64,000 nucleotides of DNA from Candidatus Poribacteria bacterium (GTDB taxonomy: Bacteria > Poribacteria > WGA-4E > PCPOR2b), in assembly GCA_965215015.1 (NCBI GenBank), contig OZ244042.1, positions 3,264,001 through 3,328,000 on the forward strand. Direction: 5' to 3'. Shown here piece after piece: positions 38,573-47,998 of this stretch (position 1 is its first letter; each line of letters opens with the position of its first letter). The position numbers and the translations under genes were made by a program. The notes below the pieces were generated by a model. That model did no database searches. It saw nothing but the letters and a program-made list of their open reading frames with translations, and was not told the origin of the DNA.

Positions 38573-39868
38573 ATGACCGCCACAGAACTTGCTGAATGGG
38601 TGATTGACGCCCGGCAGCGTACCTTTGATATTGTTGCAGATCTCACCGATGAACAGATAATGAGCCCGTACCTCTCGATCGTCAACCCATTGCTGTGGGA
38701 GATTGGGCACGTCGCGTGGTTTCAAGAGAAATGGGTACTGCGAGATACATGCAAGGCGAAACCGATTCGTGATGACGCTGACGCCCTTTGGGATTCGATT
38801 GCAATCCCCCATGAAACACGGTGGGATCTGCCGTTACCTTCCCGCGAAGGAACGTTAGCGTATATGCGAGAAGTACGGGACCAGATTTTGGACAGGCTTC
38901 AGCGCGAGGAACCGAGTGAGGAACTGGCGTATTTTGTGCGCTATACCACCTACCATGAAGACATGCACAATGAGGCGTTCACATATACACGCCAGACTTT
39001 GGAATACCCACCACCACGCTTTTCTGCTGTTCCTGAAGGCCATCGCGATATCGGAGGCGGCCCATTGTCGGGTAATGCCGAAATCCCCGGCGGCACGTTG
39101 ATGTTGGGTGCTGCGCCTGACGAACCCTTTGTGTTTGACAATGAGAAGTGGGCGCATCCGGTCAAAATTGAGCCGTTCGCCATTGCGCGTGCCGCTGTGA
39201 CTCAATCCGAGTTTGCCGCGTTTACCGAGGATAACGGCTATCATCGGAAGGAATTGTGGGCGGCGGAGGGATGGGAGTGGCGGGAGTCCGTAAACGCAGC
39301 GCATCCCGTCTACTGGCAAGCTGCAGATAACGGTTGGATGCGTCGGCACTTTGACAAATGGGTGCCGCTTGAGCCCCACCTTCCGATCATCCATGTCAAC
39401 TACTATGAAGCCGAGGCCTACTGCCGTTGGGCAGATCGCCGCCTTCCAACGGAAGCCGAATGGGAGACAGCCGCCTCTGTCGAGCCGAACCCAACAGGAG
39501 ACGGATTCTCTTCACGGAAACGTCGTTTCCCTTGGGGCGATGAACCCCCAATGCCAGAATACGCCAACCTTGACTGGGGTGCGATGGGTTGCATTGACGT
39601 AGGAGCATGTCCAGAAAGCGATAGTGCCTTCGGCTGCCGGCAGATGATCGGTAACGTCTGGGAGTGGACCAGTACCCCCTTTCGTCCCTATCCGGGCTTT
39701 GAAATTGACCCCTACAAAGAGTATTCGGAACCGTGGTTTGAAACCCGTAAAGTATTGCGCGGGGGCTGCTGGACAACCCGTTCGCGTCTCCTCCGAAATA
39801 CATGGCGTAACTTCTATACACCAGATCGGCAGGATGTGTTAGCGGGCTTTAGGACATGCACAATCTAA
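38573..39868 (+). CDS. senA: Selenoneine synthase SenA-like sulfoxide/selenoxide synthase (DinB_2 plus FGE-sulfatase domains)
   Basis: NPLLWEIGHVAWFQE, HETRW.LPLP, HEDMHNE iron motif, YTRQTL, RNFYTPDRQDVLAGFRTC. These read as SenA-type rather than type I EgtB (HEQQHxE). Confidence 0.72.
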   Translation: MTATELAEWVIDARQRTFDIVADLTDEQIMSPYLSIVNPLLWEIGHVAWFQEKWVLRDTCKAKPIRDDADALWDSIAIPHETRWDLPLPSREGTLAYMREVRDQILDRLQREEPSEELAYFVRYTTYHEDMHNEAFTYTRQTLEYPPPRFSAVPEGHRDIGGGPLSGNAEIPGGTLMLGAAPDEPFVFDNEKWAHPVKIEPFAIARAAVTQSEFAAFTEDNGYHRKELWAAEGWEWRESVNAAHPVYWQAADNGWMRRHFDKWVPLEPHLPIIHVNYYEAEAYCRWADRRLPTEAEWETAASVEPNPTGDGFSSRKRRFPWGDEPPMPEYANLDWGAMGCIDVGACPESDSAFGCRQMIGNVWEWTSTPFRPYPGFEIDPYKEYSEPWFETRKVLRGGCWTTRSRLLRNTWRNFYTPDRQDVLAGFRTCTI

Positions 39869-39889
39869 ATTAGCAACCGAACTTGATGA

Positions 39890-40960
39890 ATGCTGAGCCA
39901 TGGGCGAAATTCACGTACGGCTCAGTCCTCATTACTTCCACCCAATGACGGATTAATAATGGAACAAGGCCTACCGGATGACCTCAACCTGATTAAGGCA
40001 CTTCAACAAGACTCGCAGCAATCCCTAAAAGATGCGGTTGCAGAAGGATTGAAAAGAACTCAGAAAAGTATTCCTGCTCTCTACTTTTACGATATCGCCG
40101 GTTCGCAGCTTTTCGAGCAGATCTGCAAACTCCCTGAATACTATCCAACGCGAACTGAGCAAAAAATATTGACAAACAATGCGCGGGCCATCATCGGAAC
40201 AGTCCCCGGCCAAGTGGAACTGGTAGAGCTTGGGAGTGGCAGTTCTTTCAAAACACGGGTTCTAATTGACGCAGTTCTCGCCAATCAAACCTACCTCCAC
40301 TACATACCGACCGACATTTCCACAGACTTTCTACTCGAATCGGCGATTGCCCTCAAAAACGACTACGAACCGTTATCGATCACGGCGATCGCCGCCGAGC
40401 ACAAGGATGCGCTCCGGCTATTACCCGGTGGAGGTAGCCAATCTCGCCTTTTTCTTTTTTTGGGCAGCAACATCGGTAATTTTGAGCCGGAAGAAACAAT
40501 TGACTTCATTGGACAGATTCGCCGCCGAATGCGTGAGGAGGACCGCTTGCTGATGGGCTTTGATCTGGTGAAAGAGCATCAGGTGCTTTTCGACGCTTAC
40601 AACGACAAGGCAGGGGTAACGGCTGCGTTCAACAAAAACCTGCTGGTCCGGATTAACCGCGAATTGGGCGGAGACTTCGATTTCGACCTGTTCGACCATT
40701 ACGCGCCATTTGTCGAGAAGCATTCTCGCATTGAAATGCACCTGATAAGTCGGTGTGATCAACTGGTTTATGTGGCAGGGCTTGAGGAAGTGTTCAATTT
40801 TGAGGCCGGTGAATACATCCATACGGAAAACAGCTACAAGTACACACTTGAGGGCTTGGGTTCCCTTTGTGAAACGGCGGGGATGAAGATGGAGGAATAT
40901 TGGCTGGATAAACGTGGGTGGTTTGCGGTGGGACTGTTTCGCAGAGCCGGGAGAGGATAG
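39890..40960 (+). CDS. egtD: L-histidine N-alpha-trimethyltransferase
   Basis: YFYD..GSQLFE.I..LPEYYPTRTE, ELGSG, FLGSNIGN, AYND..GVTAAFN, TENSYKY. Alternative start at 39959. Confidence 0.95.
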   Translation: MLSHGRNSRTAQSSLLPPNDGLIMEQGLPDDLNLIKALQQDSQQSLKDAVAEGLKRTQKSIPALYFYDIAGSQLFEQICKLPEYYPTRTEQKILTNNARAIIGTVPGQVELVELGSGSSFKTRVLIDAVLANQTYLHYIPTDISTDFLLESAIALKNDYEPLSITAIAAEHKDALRLLPGGGSQSRLFLFLGSNIGNFEPEETIDFIGQIRRRMREEDRLLMGFDLVKEHQVLFDAYNDKAGVTAAFNKNLLVRINRELGGDFDFDLFDHYAPFVEKHSRIEMHLISRCDQLVYVAGLEEVFNFEAGEYIHTENSYKYTLEGLGSLCETAGMKMEEYWLDKRGWFAVGLFRRAGRG

Positions 40961-40964
40961 GCGT

Positions 40965-41714
40965 ATGAACGAAAGTAAAATCGCGCTACGGAATGTCGAG
41001 ATGCGTTTTGGCGACGTTGTCGCACTCCATTCGACCAACCTGCAGGTCACAAAGGGGCAAACGACGGTGCTAATCGGTCCGAGCGGTTGTGGTAAGTCCA
41101 CGATTCTGCGGCTAATCATTGGTTTGTTAACGCCAACATCTGGCGCAGTCGAATTTGAAGGGAAACCGGTTTCAAAGAATAATATCCTTGCGTTACGGCG
41201 TCGGATGGGTTACGTCATTCAGGATGGTGGCCTGTTTCCGCATCTGACTGCTGCACAAAATGTAACCCTCATGGCAAAGCATCTCCAAATCTTTCAAGAG
41301 GACGAAATCCAAGCAAAACTGGACGAACTCTGTGAGCTGACTCACTTCCCAAAAGAGGGCCTCGATCGTTATGCAGTCGAACTCTCCGGTGGGCAGCGTC
41401 AGCGTGTCAGTCTGATGCGGGCACTTGCTTTAGATCCTGACGTTCTGCTGCTTGATGAGCCACTTGGGGCGTTAGATCCGATGGTTCGTGCTTCTCTACA
41501 AACAGAGTTGAAAGAAATTTTCAGCCGCCTTGGCAAAACTGTCATCCTTGTCACCCACGACATGGCAGAAGCGGGCTATATTGGAGACAGCATTGTTCTT
41601 ATGCGAGAAGGTCGGATTGTCCAACAGGGAACGCTTGATGACCTCCGAGAGCAACCGGCTGACGGTTTCGTCTCGGAATTCATCACCGCGCAACGGAGTT
41701 TAGTTCAGTTGTGA
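40965..41714 (+). CDS. Betaine/osmoprotectant-type ABC transporter ATPase
   Basis: GPSGCGKS, MGYVIQDGGLFPH, LSGGQRQR, DEPLGALD. Confidence 0.92.
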   Translation: MNESKIALRNVEMRFGDVVALHSTNLQVTKGQTTVLIGPSGCGKSTILRLIIGLLTPTSGAVEFEGKPVSKNNILALRRRMGYVIQDGGLFPHLTAAQNVTLMAKHLQIFQEDEIQAKLDELCELTHFPKEGLDRYAVELSGGQRQRVSLMRALALDPDVLLLDEPLGALDPMVRASLQTELKEIFSRLGKTVILVTHDMAEAGYIGDSIVLMREGRIVQQGTLDDLREQPADGFVSEFITAQRSLVQL

Positions 41715-41865
41715 GAGAGGGGCATTTAGTTCTCCAGTAGGAGGGATTTCCGAATCCCGACTTCCTACTTAGATAGCAAGAAAACTGAAAACTAAATAGC
41801 CCTAGAGACGTGCGATGAATCGCATGACTACAAACAAAGAGAGGACAGGGATCCTGACCCAAAGG

Positions 41866-43416
41866 ATGAACAAACAACAAGAAGCAAACAGCACGCAGCA
41901 ACATATCTCACGTTTCATGTTTTATATACTATCTGCCCTTCTGTTGATCTGCACATTGTCTTCCGCCAATGCCCAAGAAATCAGTGTTGGTTCCAAGCGG
42001 TTTACGGAGTCCTATGTCCTCGGTGAAATAGCAAAGAAATTGCTGGAAGATACGGGCTACCGTGTGAAATTTAAGCAGGGGATGGGCGGCACCATTATCG
42101 TGTGGGAGGCATTGAAGAATGGTGATATCGCCATGTATCCCGACTACACCGGCACCATCCAAGAGACGATTCTGAAATCGGCGACCCCAATGACATCCGA
42201 GCAGATGCGGAGTGCGCTCGCCGAACATGGCCTCGGCATGACAGGTGAGTTAGGCTTCAACAACACCTACGCGTTTGCCATGCGCCGAGCACATAGCGAT
42301 TCTCTGAACATACATAAAATTTCAGACCTACAGGACCACTCAAATCTCAAGGTAGGATTTACCCATGAGTTTCTGGAACGCGCGGACGGTTGGACACCGT
42401 TGAGCCAGCGTTACGGATTGCAGATTAGACCTCGCGGGATGGAACACGCCCTAGCGTATGTCGCTCTGAACAGCGGTGAGATTGATCTCATGGATGCCTA
42501 CTCCACCGATGCAAAACTCGCTGAATATGACCTAACCGTGTTGGAAGATAATCTGCATTTCTTCCCCAAGTACAACGCTGTCTTTCTTTACCGGTTGGAC
42601 ACCGATCCGGCAGCTATCAACGCAATCCATAAATTGGAAGGCACCATTGATGAAGCACTAATGACGCGATTGAATGCCGAAGCCGAACGCACAAACAACT
42701 TTGCAGCCGCCGCGTCGCTCTACTTTAGCGAAGTACAAAACAGAGCGATAGAAGTCGTGTCCCAGTCGTTTATGTCTAAACTAGTGCGATGGACAGCACG
42801 ACATCTGATGCTCGTAGGCATTTCGATGGCAATTGCTATTGTGGTTAGCATCCCGCTTGGCATACGCGCTAGCCGTCCCGGAATATTCAGCCAAATCATC
42901 ATTGGGATACCAGGGATCATGCAAACCGTGCCATCGCTGGCACTGCTCGCGATACTTGTGCCGGTGCCGATGCTCGGAACAAGTCCGACAACAGCGATTG
43001 TTGCGCTTTTTCTCTACAGCCTTTTGCCGATTGTTCGGAACACCGCCACCGGGCTTCAGAACATTCCGACACCGTTGAGGGAATCTGCTGCCGCACTTGG
43101 GCTTGAATCCGCTGCCCAATTGACGAAGGTGTACCTACCGATGGCATCACGGACAATCCTTGCAGGTATCAAGACAAGTGCTATCATCAACGTTGGAACG
43201 GCTACGCTCGCTGCGCTCATCGGAGCGGGCGGACTTGGCGAACCGATTATCAGCGGTCTCGCTCTCAACAACGCCGAGGTTATCCTGCAAGGTGCTATCC
43301 CGGCGGCACTGCTGGCGATTTTGGTTCAGATATGCTTTGACTGTCTAGACCGAATGATTATTCCGAGAGGGCTGCGTCTGGAGGAGGCCTCCCAACAAGC
43401 TGCGGCAGGCGAGTGA
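41866..43416 (+). CDS. Fused OpuAC-type substrate-binding protein plus permease
   Basis: VGSKRFTE, YPDYTGT, GFNNTY, AYSTD, then QTVPSLALL and GAGGLG. Start is uncertain (41815, 41866 or 41917). Confidence 0.9.
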   Translation: MNKQQEANSTQQHISRFMFYILSALLLICTLSSANAQEISVGSKRFTESYVLGEIAKKLLEDTGYRVKFKQGMGGTIIVWEALKNGDIAMYPDYTGTIQETILKSATPMTSEQMRSALAEHGLGMTGELGFNNTYAFAMRRAHSDSLNIHKISDLQDHSNLKVGFTHEFLERADGWTPLSQRYGLQIRPRGMEHALAYVALNSGEIDLMDAYSTDAKLAEYDLTVLEDNLHFFPKYNAVFLYRLDTDPAAINAIHKLEGTIDEALMTRLNAEAERTNNFAAAASLYFSEVQNRAIEVVSQSFMSKLVRWTARHLMLVGISMAIAIVVSIPLGIRASRPGIFSQIIIGIPGIMQTVPSLALLAILVPVPMLGTSPTTAIVALFLYSLLPIVRNTATGLQNIPTPLRESAAALGLESAAQLTKVYLPMASRTILAGIKTSAIINVGTATLAALIGAGGLGEPIISGLALNNAEVILQGAIPAALLAILVQICFDCLDRMIIPRGLRLEEASQQAAAGE

Positions 43417-43523
43417 TTCTATACACATGTCGTCCTGCTGGGATGTAGTGATTCGGTCTTGCTATACACCTTGTGCTCCTCTGGAGCAAACGTTATTGCA
43501 GATAGAAAAAATTGGAGGAGAAA

Positions 43524-44042
43524 ATGGATTGGGAAATCAAGAAGAGAGGGCGTGTGACCTACTACCGTAAGAAGACCAACGATGTTTTTTCAGATCTGGT
43601 CGTCGAAACGCTCGATAGCGGCGACCTCAAAATTCGCTTCGTTGGCATGACAGGCGCACTGGCAGCGACCAACGAATTGGAATTGGACGAGGTAGCGCGC
43701 ATGGATCCAGAAAAGGAGATACCGCGTATCTTCGACACTTGGGAAATGTATGTGCGTGAAGCGGGGATTTGTGATTCTCTGGCGGAGCTCGATTTTTTGG
43801 AGGTCCATTCCTTTGGCGCGGCCCCCAAAGAACCACATCCGTTAGTTGAGCCGGAGGGTTACGCGGTGGAAAAGGAGCGTATCCGCCAAGCTTATGCACA
43901 GGCCTATGCGGCTTACTGGAAGGAGAAGATGCCGGAAAACGGGCTGCCGGTGCGGTTCACGGTCTATCTAGAGGAACTACCGGATACGGCTGCCAGCTAC
44001 GAATTCGGGGCTGTGGCACTCTATCAAAGATCAGCGAAGTAG
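43524..44042 (+). CDS. Hypothetical protein, probable divergent Rid (YjgF/RidA) fold
   Basis: GGAGGAG SD. C-terminal PVRFTVYLEELP..SYEFGAVA resembles the Rid motif PARS.V.V..LP....EI.A.A. Confidence 0.55.
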   Translation: MDWEIKKRGRVTYYRKKTNDVFSDLVVETLDSGDLKIRFVGMTGALAATNELELDEVARMDPEKEIPRIFDTWEMYVREAGICDSLAELDFLEVHSFGAAPKEPHPLVEPEGYAVEKERIRQAYAQAYAAYWKEKMPENGLPVRFTVYLEELPDTAASYEFGAVALYQRSAK

Positions 44043-44087
44043 GCAGTGCGGATCTGTTCTCTTGAAGCAACATCTAGGAAGATTATC

Positions 44088-44972
44088 TCAAAACCGTTTT
44101 TGTAATACCAACTGGCTCTGAACGTTATAGGGAGAAACACGCGTTTGCAGCTGCAACTCAAAGGGCTTATGTTTTTTATTGAAGCTTTTCGCAGCGATGC
44201 GAGCGTCGACTGCACTGATAACGTGATTCAGAATAGCAATCCCCAGAAAAGTCTTCGCTAACTGGAATTTGTCATTGGCATCCATCCGCATTTGAAAGGC
44301 AGCTTCACGTAGTGGAGAATCATGTTTCTTCCGTTCTTCATCTTTGTAGGTCACTCGATCCGCCCAATACCATTTGCCGACCCTTTCAAGTGGTTCACCA
44401 TTGCCATCCATCATATAGATATTACGCCAATTGTCAAACTGGGTTGCGTGCTCATAATCTTCGATAGGGTCCCAGTTGTCGAACTTGGTGGGACCTTCAG
44501 GAATAACGTGGTCTCTCACATGCTCGCGATAGTCCTCCCGGAGGTTTTGTGCATCGCTGCGTATGATGAAATAGGCAATAAGAAGTCCTGCCTCCGCTGC
44601 AATCTGAAGGTAGCCTCGCTTCGCACCGATGTAGAGTTGCCCCGACCCCGGAACAAGTGCCGAGTACAGAAATGCTTTTGTTGGAGATTTTGTCGGTTCC
44701 AGATTCAGCGGTGCTTGAAGTCCTTCGATAACCGGAGTTTCGCTTTGCTCGGTTGGTAATGTTTGTGTACCTAGCGCAGAGATGAACCGAAAAGATGTAT
44801 CCTGAAAATTCTCAGATGCTTTTTCCGATAGAGGTAAAATTTTGGAGTTTTGCTCCACGTCGAACCCTTTCGACGCACTCCCTACCTGTGCAAAAGTCCC
44901 AATACCAAGCAGCACCACGAGCAGAATCCAGCCCCAATACAATTGGGACTCAAAGCAACGTGTATGTTTCAT
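44088..44972 (-). CDS. Hypothetical envelope protein (DUF5683-like)
   Basis: KSPTKAFLYSALVPGSGQLY, ISAVDA, signal/TM segment, terminal Phe. Confidence 0.7.
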   Translation of the reverse strand: MKHTRCFESQLYWGWILLVVLLGIGTFAQVGSASKGFDVEQNSKILPLSEKASENFQDTSFRFISALGTQTLPTEQSETPVIEGLQAPLNLEPTKSPTKAFLYSALVPGSGQLYIGAKRGYLQIAAEAGLLIAYFIIRSDAQNLREDYREHVRDHVIPEGPTKFDNWDPIEDYEHATQFDNWRNIYMMDGNGEPLERVGKWYWADRVTYKDEERKKHDSPLREAAFQMRMDANDKFQLAKTFLGIAILNHVISAVDARIAAKSFNKKHKPFELQLQTRVSPYNVQSQLVLQKRF

Positions 44973-45039
44973 CCGTTTTCCTTTGCAGTTGGTTACAGGT
45001 TCTATCAGTCCCGACCTGAAGGGGTAATTGCAGCAATGC

Positions 45040-46182
45040 TTAGAATTGTAGGATGAGCGCAAAGACATTTAGACGTTGCTGCTCTGGACCGCCGCCGGGA
45101 AGTTGTGCAAAGTCAAGCTGATAGTTAAGCAATCGAACCCCTAAACCGTAGGTCAAATGGTCAGTGAAGTTCAGTAGATTAATACCGGGCTCTTCCTTGT
45201 AGCCGACACGGAGTGCCAAGAAACTTCCCAGCCAATATTCGAGTCCAATACTTTTCTGCAGATGCCTCCATTCAAAGGCGTTTATCCCAACTCCTCGATC
45301 TGACAACAATCCTTCGCGTGTGAATTCAGGCTCTAGTTCCTGCTCCTCCGCTAGTCTCTGTTTATTTTTCTCTTTTATGGCTTCATTTAGCCGCAATAGA
45401 TCCGCCTCTAATTCTTCATCATCCTCGCTCAATTTATGGATAGCTGCAGTGAGATCACCAATCAATCGTAACTGGTGATTACCCTGATTATAGAGCGTTA
45501 CCGCGGTTCCAAACCTGAACATACGAGGAAGTGGATCGCTCTGATTTTCATCTATGAAATGTATCCGTGTTCCCCAATTCTGTACCGCCGCACCGATCTG
45601 GATGGGAATTGGTGTCGAGGGTAGGTTGTATTGCAAACCAAAATCAATGGCATACGCCCGTCCGCTTTCCTCCCACAATTTCACGGAGATAACCTTGCCG
45701 CTGATTCCTCCTAACAGTCCTTTTGCCAGTTTATCCGCGTAAGAAACTGTCCATACCCAGTTTGTTCCAAGATTCTCGGTTCGTATAGGCTCCGGGGAAT
45801 CAATTGTCACATCAATCGTTCCTTGCCCTTCAAGCTGAAGCATAGTCCCGAGCGTTCCAGCCTCACCGAGAGGCAAAGCACCGGCGAAGAAAGCATAGTA
45901 CAACCCCTCGCCCGCCCCTCCGAAAAGTTGGGCGCGATCTACATACGAAATCGCGGCTTGTGTATTTTCCATAATGCCCAACCCACTCGGATTCCATAAA
46001 GCGGCTGTGACATCGTTATTGATTGCTGAAAACGCATCACCTAATGCGGCAGCCCGCGTGCCACCACCGAGATCGAGAATTTTAGCAGCAGTTGTCCCCG
46101 GTCCCGCCGAGACGGAGGGGACAATTGAAATTGCCATGAATAATAATAGAATAATTGTAGATAAAATATCTACTCGCTTCAT
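45040..46182 (-). CDS. PorV/PorQ-like outer-membrane protein
   Basis: Signal peptide; GTRAAALGDAF..WNPSGL; QSDPLP; ALRVGY; terminal Phe. Confidence 0.85.
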   Translation of the reverse strand: MKRVDILSTIILLLFMAISIVPSVSAGPGTTAAKILDLGGGTRAAALGDAFSAINNDVTAALWNPSGLGIMENTQAAISYVDRAQLFGGAGEGLYYAFFAGALPLGEAGTLGTMLQLEGQGTIDVTIDSPEPIRTENLGTNWVWTVSYADKLAKGLLGGISGKVISVKLWEESGRAYAIDFGLQYNLPSTPIPIQIGAAVQNWGTRIHFIDENQSDPLPRMFRFGTAVTLYNQGNHQLRLIGDLTAAIHKLSEDDEELEADLLRLNEAIKEKNKQRLAEEQELEPEFTREGLLSDRGVGINAFEWRHLQKSIGLEYWLGSFLALRVGYKEEPGINLLNFTDHLTYGLGVRLLNYQLDFAQLPGGGPEQQRLNVFALILQF

Positions 46183-46302
46183 AGTTAAGATCTCCTTACA
46201 TCATCTTCCAAAGAAGTGGTAAATCTTTAACACATATAATCGATCCAAACGAGAAAGGGCTTACCTAAGTTTACAAAATTTTTGGGGCATTTGGAGAAGG
46301 TT

Positions 46303-46731
46303 TTACCTCTCCAAGTGTTTTTTCTCTTTTTCTTCCTCTTTCTCAATGAAGTCGAGCGCGGCTGAATTCATGCAGTAGCGAAGCCCTGTTGGCGGAGGGC
46401 CATCGTTAAAAATATGGCCGAGGTGTGCATCACATCTATCGCACACTGCCTCTGTCCTGACCATACCAAAGCTGGTATCGGCCTCCGTCTCAATGCTGTC
46501 CGCTGAAATGGGTGCCCAAAAGCTGGGCCAACCAGTACCAGAATCAAACTTAGTTTCTGAACTGAACAAGTCAGCTCCACAACAGACGCATCGGTACACA
46601 CCCTCCCCTTGAGCGTTATTGTGTTTGCCTGTGAAGGCGCGTTCTGTGCCTTTTTGTCGGGTCACGTAATATTGCTCTGGGGTCAATTGCTGCTGCCACT
46701 CCGCATCTGTTTTTTTTAATTTCTTAGACAT
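46303..46731 (-). CDS. msrB: Peptide-methionine (R)-S-oxide reductase
   Basis: [32 protein letters not shown], two CxxC. Confidence 0.97.
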   Translation of the reverse strand: MSKKLKKTDAEWQQQLTPEQYYVTRQKGTERAFTGKHNNAQGEGVYRCVCCGADLFSSETKFDSGTGWPSFWAPISADSIETEADTSFGMVRTEAVCDRCDAHLGHIFNDGPPPTGLRYCMNSAALDFIEKEEEKEKKHLER

Positions 46732-46786
46732 GCTTATTCCTTTCCGTTGTAATGACCTCGGTCAAGTGAATGGAGCCCCTACAAGG

Positions 46787-47143
46787 CTAATCCAGATACA
46801 AGATAATCTCATCCCCGTCCACAGTGACAAGGTAAGTTTTGACACGCATGCGCGAATCATAAAGTGCGGTTCCGGTTTTGATGTCAAATTCCCATTGGTG
46901 CCATGAGCACTTGATAATCTCGCCTTCACGTTCAAAATCGACATGATAGGTTTCGTCAGAAATTACGTGCGGTCGGAGTCGCCCTTGGCAGAGAGGACCG
47001 CCTTTGTGCGGACACATGTTTCTTAGTGCGTAAAACGTTCCGTCAACGTTAAACACACCGATTCCCCCCTTCCCTCCTACCGGTATAATTTTCCGTTCGC
47101 CGGGAGGCAACTCGTCCACTTTTCCAACTACATGACGCTGCAT
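46787..47143 (-). CDS. Rieske [2Fe-2S] ferredoxin
   Basis: CPHKG...CSWH. Confidence 0.92.
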   Translation of the reverse strand: MQRHVVGKVDELPPGERKIIPVGGKGGIGVFNVDGTFYALRNMCPHKGGPLCQGRLRPHVISDETYHVDFEREGEIIKCSWHQWEFDIKTGTALYDSRMRVKTYLVTVDGDEIILYLD

Positions 47144-47168
47144 TGTGAATCTACCTACCCCTTTATTA

Positions 47169-47707
47169 TAACGTAAGTTCCCACCTATCGCTTGGCTAGG
47201 GCTTTTGTTGGTTCATTAGTTTATTGGTTGATTGAACTGATGGACACTGCTCTGAATCAGGATTTATTGGATAGAAACTCTGATGTTTCGTATCGCCCCG
47301 ATGGGCTACAAAGAATATATGAATAATTTTCACTGCGTTGGTCTGCTAGGGCTTTGGGAACTGGCTAGGAAGTCCAACCTACAAATTATGGAGAAGGTTG
47401 GAGTGGGCTAGAAAACCCGCCTTACCAACTATCGGGTCGAAATAAGCAACTTGATTGCCCGGAATACTTAGGGTGTGTTGACATTTTGATGTTTCCAATT
47501 CGGCAAACGCTAGCAGAGGCTACCATTGTAGGGAACACCGATTGTTGTTCCCTACGATAGTCCACACCGGGACATAGAAACAACCGCAATTGGTAGGGAA
47601 CGGGGATCTCCGTTCTATTTGTTCTAAACCATCGGGGTCATGCGTCCAAAGTACATCAAAATTGGTTCAACTTATCAAATGTTAACAGAACCTAGCAACT
47701 TGGGTTA
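47169..47707. mobile_element. Family 2 MITE-like element with nested family 3 element (47469-47694)
   Basis: TAACGTAAGTTCC ... TAGCAACTTGGGTTA enclosing TAGGGTGTGTTGACATTT ... AAATGTTAACAGAACCTA. Confidence 0.6.
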
Positions 47708-47998
47708 TTATATCATATCAGAGAGTAGTTTCATCCTTAAAAGTACTAGCACAAGCCGCCGAGTACACAAAATAACTGATGGGTGTGCGTAATTCGAGAC
47801 ACATGATAGCGGAATTCCAGCGAGGGTGCCTGGGTCAATCGTAGGTGTTTGGTTTCCAAGCCCAATGGGTTGGCAGCCCCACGCCCTACGCATAGAGAGG
47901 TGTTGAGAAGTATACGCATCAAAACCTATTTATGAGCACCCCTCAAATAACTGTTTTGTTAAGCTCGACACCAACAAAATGTCTTCGCTTATGATATA

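Noticed and set aside
38573-39868. DGR target, because FGE-sulfatase/CLec folds are common DGR targets
   Set aside because: It is a full DinB+FGE enzyme beside egtD. I saw no template repeat of its 3' end and no RT.
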